This document shows positions 54,047-63,572 of a DNA stretch of 64,000 bases, piece after piece. The notes below the pieces were generated by a model, which was not told where the DNA came from, did no database searches, and saw nothing but the letters and a program-made list of their open reading frames with translations. How positions within the stretch are numbered: position 1 is the first letter of the stretch; each line of letters begins with the position of its first letter. The DNA is taken from NCBI GenBank assembly GCA_965219965.1, contig OZ244796.1, positions 391,015-455,014 on the forward strand. Reading direction: 5' to 3'. Origin of the DNA: Parvibaculaceae bacterium (GTDB lineage Bacteria > Pseudomonadota > Alphaproteobacteria > RS24). Both the position numbers and the translations under genes were made by a program.

Positions 54047-55300
54047 TTAGCGATATTCCACCACGGCATCACGCCGTAATTCACGCAACTGGCGACGCGA
54101 AATCATAGACATGCGCTGTCGGTAAATATTATTTTCAATTTGATCACGCGACACTTCTACACCTTGGTCGTCTTTTCTGTTGCAAACAATGAGCAAATCA
54201 GTGCTGTCTTTGTTACGAATGGGAGCAGAAATTTCCCCAGCCTCTAATTTGAGCAATATATTTTTCACCGCTGGTCGATAGCCGCCAACTGGAAGTGGGC
54301 CCGTGCGCTTTAATGTGCCGCCATGATAGGCTTGGTCTGCTTGCTCTAATCTTTTGCAGGTTTTGAATTCAGCTTTAATACGGCGCAAATCAGCCGCAAG
54401 GGAAGGACGGTCATTAGCCAAAGATAAGATCAGCAAATCAAAAATATGTCGGTCGGGGTCAATTCCGCCTGATTGCTGAATACCATCCACTTTGACAATA
54501 TAAATACCCGCATTGGTGACAATCGGTGTGCTGATTTCACCTCGCCCAAGGCTGGTGACGACCGATGCTAGTTTAGGGTTAAGCTGGTCTTCGGTTGTCC
54601 AGCCAACTCGTCCGCCTGTGGCAGCTGATGAGGCATTGGAAAATTGTCGCGCAACGGCCGCAAAATCCACACCCTTTTTTAGCTCCTCAATAAGCTGACG
54701 CGCCAAACCAGACAGCCTTGCGCCATCACTAGCCATATCGCCGACTAGCAAAATTTCGCTGAGATTATAGCGTGTGCGGTTAATGGCATTTATTGCACGC
54801 TCCATGGTTTCTTCAATTTCGGCTTCGCTAATATTTATCCGTCCAGAAAATTTGCGCTGGATAAAATTTTGCCACGCAATTTCCGCCCGAATTTGATTTT
54901 CCAACGTGGCGGGACGGATATTATTTTCTTTCAAAAAAGAATGAATATCATCCACATCGCCGCCGCTTTGCTGTGCCATGCGCAAAATTTGATTATCAAT
55001 TTCGGCTTGCGATATTTCAATATCATTTTCCAGCGCAACTTGAACCTGCATTTTTTCATCTACGAGCGTGCGTAAGACCTGATTACGCAGAGCTTTGATA
55101 TTTTCTTCCGTTTTGGGAATACCAGAAGAGGCAAAAAATAAATTAACGCGCTGCTCCACATCATAAATGGACACCACCTCATCATTAACGATGGCCGCAA
55201 TGCCTTCCACATCACGCCGTGCCGCATCAGCAGGCAAAACGGGTAGGACGGTTAATACGCCCAAAGCAATAGCTATTAGAAATGTGTAAGTGTTTTTCAT
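54047..55300 (-). CDS. surA: SurA-like periplasmic chaperone / peptidyl-prolyl isomerase
   Basis: 417-aa ORF with a signal peptide. SurA N-domain-like start (IAAIVNDEVVSIYDV) and a parvulin-like domain. Located between lptD and rsmA. Confidence 0.8.
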   Translation of the reverse strand: MKNTYTFLIAIALGVLTVLPVLPADAARRDVEGIAAIVNDEVVSIYDVEQRVNLFFASSGIPKTEENIKALRNQVLRTLVDEKMQVQVALENDIEISQAEIDNQILRMAQQSGGDVDDIHSFLKENNIRPATLENQIRAEIAWQNFIQRKFSGRINISEAEIEETMERAINAINRTRYNLSEILLVGDMASDGARLSGLARQLIEELKKGVDFAAVARQFSNASSAATGGRVGWTTEDQLNPKLASVVTSLGRGEISTPIVTNAGIYIVKVDGIQQSGGIDPDRHIFDLLILSLANDRPSLAADLRRIKAEFKTCKRLEQADQAYHGGTLKRTGPLPVGGYRPAVKNILLKLEAGEISAPIRNKDSTDLLIVCNRKDDQGVEVSRDQIENNIYRQRMSMISRRQLRELRRDAVVEYR

Positions 55301-55359
55301 ATATTTTCATTTCGTCCCATAATCATTCTTGTTAGCATAAGATAGGCAGAAATTCCAGA

Positions 55360-57546
55360 TTATCTCAGCCCGCCAAATAGATTTGAACCTGTCGCCGCAC
55401 TGCCTAAGGTTTTGAGATTTATGGTTAAATTAAAGCTATTGGTGGGCGGGATATTTCTGTCGCGCACATAATCCTGCACAAAGCCCAGCCGAATATGCAG
55501 GCAATCATTGCGGTAAGAAATGCCTGTCGTGCTATTGAGCTTGGCATTGCGATAAATATCTTGCCTTATGCCCGCATCCAAATGCCAATTATCGTTAATT
55601 CGATAACTGGCATTGGCCTGAAATTCCTCGCGTTCACGATTATCAGATGAAACGCGCCTGTCCAAAAACACATAGCTCATATTAAATGAACCTTTTTTGA
55701 AACTGGTAAACATATCCGCCTCGGAACGGATAATTTCAAAATCTTTCTGGCTCAACCGCAAACGGTTAGAAAATGTCACCTGTGGAATCGGGCGGGTACG
55801 GAAATCAAAAACATAATCAGATTTTTTGCCCTCTAGGCCAGATTCTTTATTAAGAAAATCACTGCTCAGTAGGTCATTTTTACGCTGCCTTTGCGATTGG
55901 CCAAAAAACAAAGTGGCATATTGACCCGCATTATTCTGCACAGCATATTTAATGCCATAATCCATCCGTGCTCCACTTTCATAGAGGTCATAACCAGAAA
56001 AGCGCGAGACTTCAAAGAGATTCGTGCTGTCCAAATCAATACTACGGCTATCTTCATTAGGAAAGCGCGGATTATTTTTCACATTGGGAGACATAAGCAA
56101 CTGAACAATCGGCTCAATAACGTATTGAGTTTTTTTTCCATATTTAACAAGCGGATAGCGTAATTTTGTGCCAGCATAGCCCGTGCCACGCGCACGGAAA
56201 TCATCATCATAAACAGTGTTTTTATCCATTTGGGTGGGTAAATTGCTGGTGCTATATATATCGCCGCGCAGAGTGGTGAAAAAATCAATCAGCACGCCAT
56301 TGCTAGTTTGCAAATGTTTTTCCCACCGCGCTTCATTGATAAACCGCACCATATCCGAACCGCGCTCACGTTGCAGGGCAACCAAATCTGATTCCAGTGT
56401 CACAAAGCCGTTAAAGAACTTTTTATTCAGAATTTTTTGAAAATGAATATGCGGCATTAAATCGGCCAGGCTATCTTCATCTATGGATGCTAAAGTGGTG
56501 TTATATTTAGTCAACCGCACATCAAAATATGTTTTATCTTGCAAATGGGTCAGATAGGTAAAACTTTCCAAATAATTTTGTACTGATAAATCATAACGGC
56601 GTAAAAATGTTTCATCCGTGATTTCTTCAATTTGAAAACCATAATACCAATTTGGTTTAAGCAAGAACTTGCCTTCAGCTTTGACATTGCCGCGAAAGGT
56701 TTTGTCATTATCTTTATTATCTGCCTGATCAACCGATAGCGCATTACCAGTGATATTATATGTGCCGCTTTTTAATAAATGACGAAAATTAAAGCCAAAC
56801 ATAGCACCCGCATTGGAATAAAAGTTCGGCTTAACGGTCAAATCATAATTGGGCGCAAGATTGATAAAATAGGGCAGGGAGATATTGCTGCCCAAATCCG
56901 ATGAGGTGCCGAAAGAGGGAGATAAAAAGCCGCTACGCTTTTTCACATCTGGGGCGGCTTGCGCCAAATAGGGCAGGTAAAAAACTGGCACGCCCATCAG
57001 TTCAATCCGCGCATCTTCATGGATGATGGTTTGGGTAACATCATCATGGATGCTGCGGCTGGTTTTAATTTCCCAACTCGGATTGGCGTTTGGATTATCA
57101 GCGCAAGGCTGGCAGGCCGTATAACCCGCCTTGTTAATAATCATTAATGTCCCTTTTTTACGGACTGCTGTCGTACCTGTAATGCGTGATTTATCGGGCA
57201 GTAAAACGCGCAAACGATTAATAATGGCTTCGTGCATTTTATCGCTCAGCACGGTCTTATCAGTGGAAATAATCATGCCGTCAATTTCTGTCATCACCAC
57301 ATTGCGCCGTGCGGTGAGAATATCAGTCGCTTGCTGCCATTCAATTTCATCTGCCGTTAAACTGCGGCCTTGGTAAAATATTTTCACATTTCCTCGTGCA
57401 GTGACAATATCGGTCTGCTCATCATAAGATAGGCTATCGGCTTCTATTGCCGCTTGGTCTTTGGAAATGGTTTGCGCTTGGATGGGTAGGGCAGAGGTGC
57501 AAAGCAATAGGCCAAAGCATAGCAGGGCTGATAATTTGTAAAGCAT
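55360..57546 (-). CDS. lptD: LPS-assembly protein LptD
   Basis: 728-aa ORF with a signal peptide. OstA N-terminal fold (ADSLSYDEQTDIVTARGNV...) and a large beta-barrel region. Classic lptD-surA context. Confidence 0.9.
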   Translation of the reverse strand: MLYKLSALLCFGLLLCTSALPIQAQTISKDQAAIEADSLSYDEQTDIVTARGNVKIFYQGRSLTADEIEWQQATDILTARRNVVMTEIDGMIISTDKTVLSDKMHEAIINRLRVLLPDKSRITGTTAVRKKGTLMIINKAGYTACQPCADNPNANPSWEIKTSRSIHDDVTQTIIHEDARIELMGVPVFYLPYLAQAAPDVKKRSGFLSPSFGTSSDLGSNISLPYFINLAPNYDLTVKPNFYSNAGAMFGFNFRHLLKSGTYNITGNALSVDQADNKDNDKTFRGNVKAEGKFLLKPNWYYGFQIEEITDETFLRRYDLSVQNYLESFTYLTHLQDKTYFDVRLTKYNTTLASIDEDSLADLMPHIHFQKILNKKFFNGFVTLESDLVALQRERGSDMVRFINEARWEKHLQTSNGVLIDFFTTLRGDIYSTSNLPTQMDKNTVYDDDFRARGTGYAGTKLRYPLVKYGKKTQYVIEPIVQLLMSPNVKNNPRFPNEDSRSIDLDSTNLFEVSRFSGYDLYESGARMDYGIKYAVQNNAGQYATLFFGQSQRQRKNDLLSSDFLNKESGLEGKKSDYVFDFRTRPIPQVTFSNRLRLSQKDFEIIRSEADMFTSFKKGSFNMSYVFLDRRVSSDNREREEFQANASYRINDNWHLDAGIRQDIYRNAKLNSTTGISYRNDCLHIRLGFVQDYVRDRNIPPTNSFNLTINLKTLGSAATGSNLFGGLR

Positions 57547-57552
57547 AGCGGG

Positions 57553-58686
57553 TTACCCGTCTTCTTGATGCAATAAAAGGGTGAGGCCAAAAAATCCCGC
57601 AATGGCCGTTGGCCCCCATGCGGCTATAATGGGCGGCAAAAGGCCAATATTGCCCAAAGTGTGCATGAAATCTGTGACAAAAAACAAAGCCAAGCCAGTA
57701 ATAACCGATATGATAATCATGCGCCCTCCGCCACCGAGCCGTGAAAAGCGCAAACCAAAAGCGGCAGAAATTAACAGCATGGCACAAAATAAAAATGGCG
57801 TGGCCAGCAGAGAATGGAAGTAGATTTTATATTCTTCGGTCGGGAAACCGGCATTTTCTGAGATGCTAATAAAGGTTGGCAGCTTCCAAAAGGAAATGGT
57901 GCGCGGCGGGACAAAATTTTCCTGAATTTGTTTTTCTTTCAGCCCAGTTTTACGTGCCATTCTATCACTACGAAAGCCTGTACCATCTGGCCGCGTCGCC
58001 CAAATATCATATAAAATCCAATAGTCTTTGCGCAAAATTGCCTGCGCCGCATCAAGGCGTTCAATAATTTGGCCATCTTCGTTAAAAGTAAAATAGTTAA
58101 CGTTTTTAAGGATAATCGGATTAGATGAAATAATTTGCGGGGCGTGGATGATAATATAAGCTTTGTTACGCACCAAAATGACATCTTCGCGCAACCAAAG
58201 GCCATTATCGGATACAGATAATTGATTTTGCACGCCGTAAATCAAATTTTTGCGGATATTTTTTGCTTTGCCTGACATAAGTGCCGAGAAGGGATTCCAC
58301 GTGCCAACCATAATCACGCCAATGAGCAGAGTGAGCAAAAGCACAGGCGTGATAAATTGCCAAATGGACAGTCCCGACGCACGCACAATCACAAGTTCCT
58401 GCGTGGTGCTAAGGTGAAAGAAAAAACCAATAGATCCGAACAGAAATACAAAAGGCATGAAATCTTGCACGAGATTAGGAAAGCGTAATAGGCTGATGGT
58501 GATAATATCCAAAGTGCCAATATCTTGACTTTTCACAGCCAGCCGTGAGGTGGTGACAATGTCACCAATCAGCCCGACAATGGAGCAGACAATGAGCGCA
58601 ACGCCAAGCCATAAAAGAAAATGCCTGACCAGATAAAGAGAAAGCGTTAAGGGAGACATTAAAGGCGACATTTTAAGACCCCCCAT
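57553..58686 (-). CDS. lptG: LPS export ABC transporter permease LptG
   Basis: 377-aa polytopic ORF of the YjgP/YjgQ type, following lptF. The start may be ATG 58686 or ATG 58671 (TAAAATG junction with the lptF stop). Confidence 0.88.
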   Translation of the reverse strand: MGGLKMSPLMSPLTLSLYLVRHFLLWLGVALIVCSIVGLIGDIVTTSRLAVKSQDIGTLDIITISLLRFPNLVQDFMPFVFLFGSIGFFFHLSTTQELVIVRASGLSIWQFITPVLLLTLLIGVIMVGTWNPFSALMSGKAKNIRKNLIYGVQNQLSVSDNGLWLREDVILVRNKAYIIIHAPQIISSNPIILKNVNYFTFNEDGQIIERLDAAQAILRKDYWILYDIWATRPDGTGFRSDRMARKTGLKEKQIQENFVPPRTISFWKLPTFISISENAGFPTEEYKIYFHSLLATPFLFCAMLLISAAFGLRFSRLGGGGRMIIISVITGLALFFVTDFMHTLGNIGLLPPIIAAWGPTAIAGFFGLTLLLHQEDG

Positions 58687-59815
58687 CCGACTTCTGCCCC
58701 ATTGGATTGGATTTTTGCCGCAAACGGCGGTTTATATCCGAAGCGGTTAATAACCAAGTCAGCGCACATATAATGGTGACAATGGGCAGGGCGTAAATCA
58801 ACGCAATATAGACTGGATGGCCAGAGGCAATGCCGACAATACCAAAATCAGCCAGCCAAAAAAGCAAAGCTATTGCCACGCCGATAATTAACCGCCTGCG
58901 TTGCTTACGATGCCCCATTGTGCCAGTTAAAATAGTTGCAAGGCATATTAGCACCAACGCGAAAGGCGTTAAAAAGCTGGCAATATAATTATGTGCCGTG
59001 GCAGTCATTTTGCCCTTATTGGTACGGTCATAGGAGCGACTTTCATCTGGATTGAGCAATTCGTGAAAATAACGCTCTTTAATGGTGTAATAAATCGCCT
59101 TTTTCGGTGGAATGATGCTGGATAAATCATAAATATATTCTTTGAAATCCAGCACATTGGCTGGCCCGCCAGAATTATGCGTATGAATTGTGCCATCCAT
59201 AAGAATAAATTTCACTGCCTCATCTGTGCGTAAAATCGCGCCTTCGCGGGCAATATAGCTGGTGACATTGTTAATGTCGCGGGCATCATGTAGCAATAGC
59301 CCGCGATATGTGCCGTCCTTAGCTTTGCCGCGATTGTGAATGGTCAAACGAGTGACGGGGTTGTGGAATGTACCTTCTTTTACCAATGTACCAGCCAAAT
59401 TATTTTGTATCTCATGGCGATATTCGCGCAAAACTTTCAACCCCATTGGGCTAAACCATAAATTCATAGTCAGAACAATAATGGCTGTTATCAGTGCTAG
59501 AAATAAAGCTGGTACGGCAAGCTGCCATTGGCTAGAGCCAGTGGCCGACATCACAATTAGCTCGCTTTCCTGCCGCAGCTTATTGAGGCTGTATAAAACC
59601 CCGCAAAAAAGTGAAATAGGTAGTATATAGGCCAGCAGGCGCGGAATGGTGACAAGGGTGAGGCGTAAATAGCTGCCTATGCTATCGGCTTGTCCGCCTA
59701 TGAGTTCCAGCAAATGCACAGCTTGGGTTATCCACGCCATACCGCCCAGCATAAGGGTTATCAACAGCACAGCACTGCTCATTTGTTTGAGTAAATAGGT
59801 TGAAAATCGTGACAT
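58673..59815 (-). CDS. lptF: LPS export ABC transporter permease LptF
   Basis: 380-aa polytopic ORF of the YjgP/YjgQ type. Divergent from pepA, as in many proteobacteria. Confidence 0.88.
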   Translation of the reverse strand: MSRFSTYLLKQMSSAVLLITLMLGGMAWITQAVHLLELIGGQADSIGSYLRLTLVTIPRLLAYILPISLFCGVLYSLNKLRQESELIVMSATGSSQWQLAVPALFLALITAIIVLTMNLWFSPMGLKVLREYRHEIQNNLAGTLVKEGTFHNPVTRLTIHNRGKAKDGTYRGLLLHDARDINNVTSYIAREGAILRTDEAVKFILMDGTIHTHNSGGPANVLDFKEYIYDLSSIIPPKKAIYYTIKERYFHELLNPDESRSYDRTNKGKMTATAHNYIASFLTPFALVLICLATILTGTMGHRKQRRRLIIGVAIALLFWLADFGIVGIASGHPVYIALIYALPIVTIICALTWLLTASDINRRLRQKSNPMGQKSDGGS

Positions 59816-59950
59816 AGCGGGTCAGAATCTCCACAAATATTTTCCTGTCATGGATAGCATAGAGTTGAAAAAAACCCTATAGAATTGCTGTTTTCATCAT
59901 ATAAGGCTATGCTGTCGTGCTATTGTCCCCTTTGAGACTTGGAGAAAAAT

Positions 59951-61432
59951 ATGAATATCAATATCAGCTTTACAAATGCGGCTTTGGCGAAAAAAGGCAC
60001 GCTGGTGGTGACCGCCAGCGATAAGGGGCTTGGAAAACTAGGCAAAGCACTGGACAAAGCCACGGGTAGCACTGTCAAAAAGGCCATGATGGCGCAGAAA
60101 TTCACAGGCAAAAAACAGACCATTTTGTCCTTAGTTGCTCCCGCCAAAAGCAGTTTGGCGCGGATTGTACTTATCGGCACGGGCGCGGCGAAGAAATTAA
60201 CCGCCTCTGATTGCGAAATGCTGGGCGGAGCGATTGCCGCCGCTTGCAAGCAGGAAAAGGAAATCACCATTTTGCCAGAATTCACCGTATTGGCGGATTT
60301 GAATGAACATGAAGCCGCCGCCCGTTTGGCTTTGGGGGCAGTTTTGCGTGCCTATCGTTTTGACAAATATAAAACGGTGAAGAAAAAACCACTTGCGCTG
60401 AAAAAAATTACCCTTGGCGTAGCTAAGCCAACATTAGCACGTCAGCACTTTGCACCACTTCAAGCTGTGGCGGGTGGCATATATTTGGCGCGGAATTTGG
60501 TTAACGAACCAGCTAATATTCTCACGCCGCCAGAATTTGTGAAACGCGCACGGCAATTAAGCAAGCTGGGCATGAAAATTGAAGTTTTAACCGAAACCAA
60601 AATGAAACAGCTTGGCATGGGTGCATTGCTTGGCGTTGGGCAGGGCAGTGATCAACCAAGCCGTTTGGTTGTGATGCAATGGCAAGGTACAGTGAAAAGC
60701 AAAAAGCCGCTGGCCTTTATCGGCAAGGGCGTTTGTTTTGACACGGGTGGGATTTCCATAAAACCATCGGCGGGCATGGAAGATATGCGCGGCGATATGG
60801 GCGGTGCGGCCGCTGTGACGGGTCTGATGCATACACTGGCTAAACGCAAGGCCAAAGCCAATGTGATTGGCGTTTTGGGGCTGGTGGAAAATATGCCATC
60901 TGGTACGGCGCAAAGGCCAGGCGATATTGTGAAATCCATGTCGGGGCAAACCATTGAGGTTTTGAACACAGATGCCGAAGGGCGTTTGGTGCTGGCCGAC
61001 GCGCTTTGGTACACGCAAAAGCGTTTCAAACCCGCCTTTATGATTGATTTGGCCACGTTGACGGGGGCGATTTTAATTGCGCTGGGGCAGGAATATGCGG
61101 GATTGTTTTCTAATAATGATAAATTATGTGAAAGGTTAGACACGGCGGGTCGGGCAGAAAATGAAAAAGTCTGGCGTATGCCTATCCATGAGGCATTTGA
61201 CAAAATGATTGATACACCTAATGCTGATATGAAAAATATAGGTGGTCGTTATGCTGGCTCGGCCACGGCGGCGCAATTTTTGCAACGCTTTACTAATAAT
61301 GTGCCTTGGGCGCATTTGGATATTGCTGGTACGGCGATGGGATCACCCAAAACGGCCATTAGCCAATCTTGGGCAAGCGGCTATGGGGTGAAGTTGCTTA
61401 ACCGTTTGGTGAAAGATTATTATGAAGGCTGA
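59951..61432 (+). CDS. pepA: Leucyl aminopeptidase (M17)
   Basis: ORF track starts at TTG 59939. ATG 59951 follows GGAGAA. GKGVCFDTGGISIKP, NTDAEGRLVLADAL. Confidence 0.94.
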   Translation: MNINISFTNAALAKKGTLVVTASDKGLGKLGKALDKATGSTVKKAMMAQKFTGKKQTILSLVAPAKSSLARIVLIGTGAAKKLTASDCEMLGGAIAAACKQEKEITILPEFTVLADLNEHEAAARLALGAVLRAYRFDKYKTVKKKPLALKKITLGVAKPTLARQHFAPLQAVAGGIYLARNLVNEPANILTPPEFVKRARQLSKLGMKIEVLTETKMKQLGMGALLGVGQGSDQPSRLVVMQWQGTVKSKKPLAFIGKGVCFDTGGISIKPSAGMEDMRGDMGGAAAVTGLMHTLAKRKAKANVIGVLGLVENMPSGTAQRPGDIVKSMSGQTIEVLNTDAEGRLVLADALWYTQKRFKPAFMIDLATLTGAILIALGQEYAGLFSNNDKLCERLDTAGRAENEKVWRMPIHEAFDKMIDTPNADMKNIGGRYAGSATAAQFLQRFTNNVPWAHLDIAGTAMGSPKTAISQSWASGYGVKLLNRLVKDYYEG

Positions 61433-61434
61433 GC

Positions 61435-61902
61435 ATGACCGCCCAACCAGAAGTTTTATTTTATCATTTGGAACGCCAAACGCTTGAACAGGCTTTGCCC
61501 AAATTGCTGGAAATGAGTTTGCAACGCGATTGGAAAGTTGTTGTGCAGGCAGGTTCGGAAGAGCGGGTGGCGGCTTTGGGCAAGCATCTTTGGGTTTATG
61601 ATGAGCGTAGCTTTTTGCCGCATGGCAGTGCAGTGGATAGTTCAACTGAATCTGCTGTCGACCAGCCCATTTGGCTAACAGTAAAAGAAGAAACGCCTAA
61701 TGAAGCCGATATACTGTTTCTGGTAGATGGCGCAGAGCGTGAAAATATCACTGGCTTTACGCGCTGTATTTATATTTTTGATGGCGGCGATGAAGTGGCT
61801 TTGCAAAATGCTCGCACCCATTGGCAAAAGGTCAAAGAACAGGGCTATAGTACCACCTATTATCAGCAATCGCCCGCTGGTAAATGGGAAAAACAGGGAT
61901 AA
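61435..61902 (+). CDS. holC: DNA polymerase III chi subunit
   Basis: 155-aa ORF immediately after pepA (conserved pairing). The FYHL start and overall size fit HolC. Confidence 0.8.
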   Translation: MTAQPEVLFYHLERQTLEQALPKLLEMSLQRDWKVVVQAGSEERVAALGKHLWVYDERSFLPHGSAVDSSTESAVDQPIWLTVKEETPNEADILFLVDGAERENITGFTRCIYIFDGGDEVALQNARTHWQKVKEQGYSTTYYQQSPAGKWEKQG

Positions 61903-62005
61903 ATCCGCCTAAACGGATGAGAGGGCTTGCGTAAAATTGTTGCTCATTCTATAAGGCGGCCAATTGTGGCGACTCAACTCAACAGAATTTAATGGAAGGC
62001 AAAAC

Positions 62006-62427
62006 ATGGCTCTTGAACGCACTTTTTCTATCATCAAACCAGATGCGACAAAGCGCAATTTAACTGGAAAATTATTGACCGTTTTGAAGCGGGCGGCTTG
62101 CGCGTGGTGGCCTCTAAACGTATCCGGCTTAGTCGTGCGCAGGCGGAAGGCTTTTACGCTGTGCATAAGGAACGGCCATTTTTCAATGATTTGGTGAATT
62201 TTATGATTTCCGGCCCAGTGGTTGTACAAGTTTTGGAAGGTGAGAGTGCCATCGTGCGTAACCGTGAAATTATGGGCGCGACTAATCCCGTTGAGGCGGC
62301 AGATGGCACGATACGCAAAGATTTTGCCGAAAGTATTGAAGCCAATTCTGTGCATGGCTCGGACGCGCCAGAAACGGCAGCTGAGGAAATTAAATTTTTC
62401 TTCTCAGATGGTGAAATTGTTGGCTGA
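62006..62427 (+). pseudogene. ndk: Nucleoside diphosphate kinase interrupted by a 1-nt deletion (frameshift at A-run 62068-62071)
   Basis: ATG 62006 (after GGAAGG) gives [22 protein letters not shown], then the frame goes out of register. The -1 frame from 62071 continues [38 protein letters not shown]...NSVHGSD...FFF to stop 62427. Joined, the length is 140 aa, the normal Ndk size. Confidence 0.85.
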
Positions 62428-62450
62428 TTAAATCAAAGCGGCAGGGCGGT

Positions 62451-62927
62451 TTAACTTTTAACCTTTTTCCTTTTTTCTGCTTCAGCTTCTCTTTTTAATT
62501 TTTTCGCACTGGTAAAATGAGGGTCAAGCTCGGTGGCTTTGTCAAAATCTTTTATGGCATTGCTCAGCTCGCCGTGTAGCATTTTGTCCAAACCACGATT
62601 GGTATAGGCTTGGGCATGTTGGGTTTTTAGCTCAATGGTTTTAACCCCGCTAATCGCACCCATGAAGCCTTCGCCTCTTTGCGTTTTCACTGTGCCGTTT
62701 TTAGCGTAGGATTCCGCCCACTCGGGATTCCGCTTAAGTGCATTGCCATAAGCTTCTACCGCACCATCCCAATCACGGGCTACAAATTTTTCTAGTCCCT
62801 CATGTAAATAATCCTCGGCTAGCATTTTGTTATCTTCAATCGCTCGCTCCGCGGCCAGTTCTTTTTCTAATATTTCCGTCTTGGTCATTTCCTCTTTTTT
62901 ATCTGTCTTGGTCTTTGCTTTGGTCAT
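62451..62927 (-). CDS. Hypothetical TPR-like protein with Lys/Glu-rich termini
   Basis: 158-aa ORF with no signal peptide. Helical repeat signatures (WDGAVEAYGNALKRNPEWAESY; AIKDFDKATELDP). Confidence 0.5.
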   Translation of the reverse strand: MTKAKTKTDKKEEMTKTEILEKELAAERAIEDNKMLAEDYLHEGLEKFVARDWDGAVEAYGNALKRNPEWAESYAKNGTVKTQRGEGFMGAISGVKTIELKTQHAQAYTNRGLDKMLHGELSNAIKDFDKATELDPHFTSAKKLKREAEAEKRKKVKS

Positions 62928-62981
62928 TTTTTCCCCTTATCTTTTGGTTTTTTATTATTGTTCTTTAATTTTTTTGCTATG

Positions 62982-63572
62982 TCAAAAACTTCTTTGTAAC
63001 TTTTCCAATGCCATATCCAATGCTTGCGGATAAGCTTGATGCTCTTGTTCTAGCACACGGGCGGCCAGCGTTTCGGGCGTGTCATTGGTATGCACATCTA
63101 TGCGCCTTTGCACTAAAATAGGCCCGTCATCTATTTCGGCACGCATATAGTGTACTGTGCAACCATGCGCTGTATCGCCCGCTTCCAAAACACGTTTATG
63201 GGTGTGCAGACCTTTATATTTCGGCAAAAGGGAAGGATGGATATTGAGAATTTGGTCGTGCCAACTTTCCACAAAATCTGGCGTGAGCAGGCGCATAAAA
63301 CCCGCCGCACAAATAAGCTCAACGCCCGCCTCGCGCAAAACATTATTAAGCGCGGCATCAAAATCTTCGCGCTGCGTATAAGCAGTGTGGTCTAACACAT
63401 GGCACGGAATTTTCTGTGCTTGACAAAAATCAATGCCGCCCGCTTGCGGATTATTGCTTATAGCCAACACCAACTCGGCTGGCACTTCGGGTCGTGCGAT
63501 ATGTGCGGTCAGCACTTTCATATTGCTACCGCCTCCAGAAAATAAAATACCGATTTTTGTTTGCGCCGCCAT
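62982..63572 (-). CDS. purN: Phosphoribosylglycinamide formyltransferase
   Basis: 196-aa ORF. ILFSGGGSN, NIHPSLLP, HGCTVH motifs. Its ATG overlaps the purM stop by 1 nt. Confidence 0.94.
   Translation of the reverse strand: MAAQTKIGILFSGGGSNMKVLTAHIARPEVPAELVLAISNNPQAGGIDFCQAQKIPCHVLDHTAYTQREDFDAALNNVLREAGVELICAAGFMRLLTPDFVESWHDQILNIHPSLLPKYKGLHTHKRVLEAGDTAHGCTVHYMRAEIDDGPILVQRRIDVHTNDTPETLAARVLEQEHQAYPQALDMALEKLQRSF

Noticed and set aside
62066-62073. Canonical programmed -1 frameshift site or transcriptional slippage in ndk.
   Set aside because: GGAAAATT is not an X_XXY_YYZ heptamer. I found no downstream stimulatory structure, and four A residues is too short for efficient transcriptional slippage. 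It is kept only as a minor alternative within the ndk finding.
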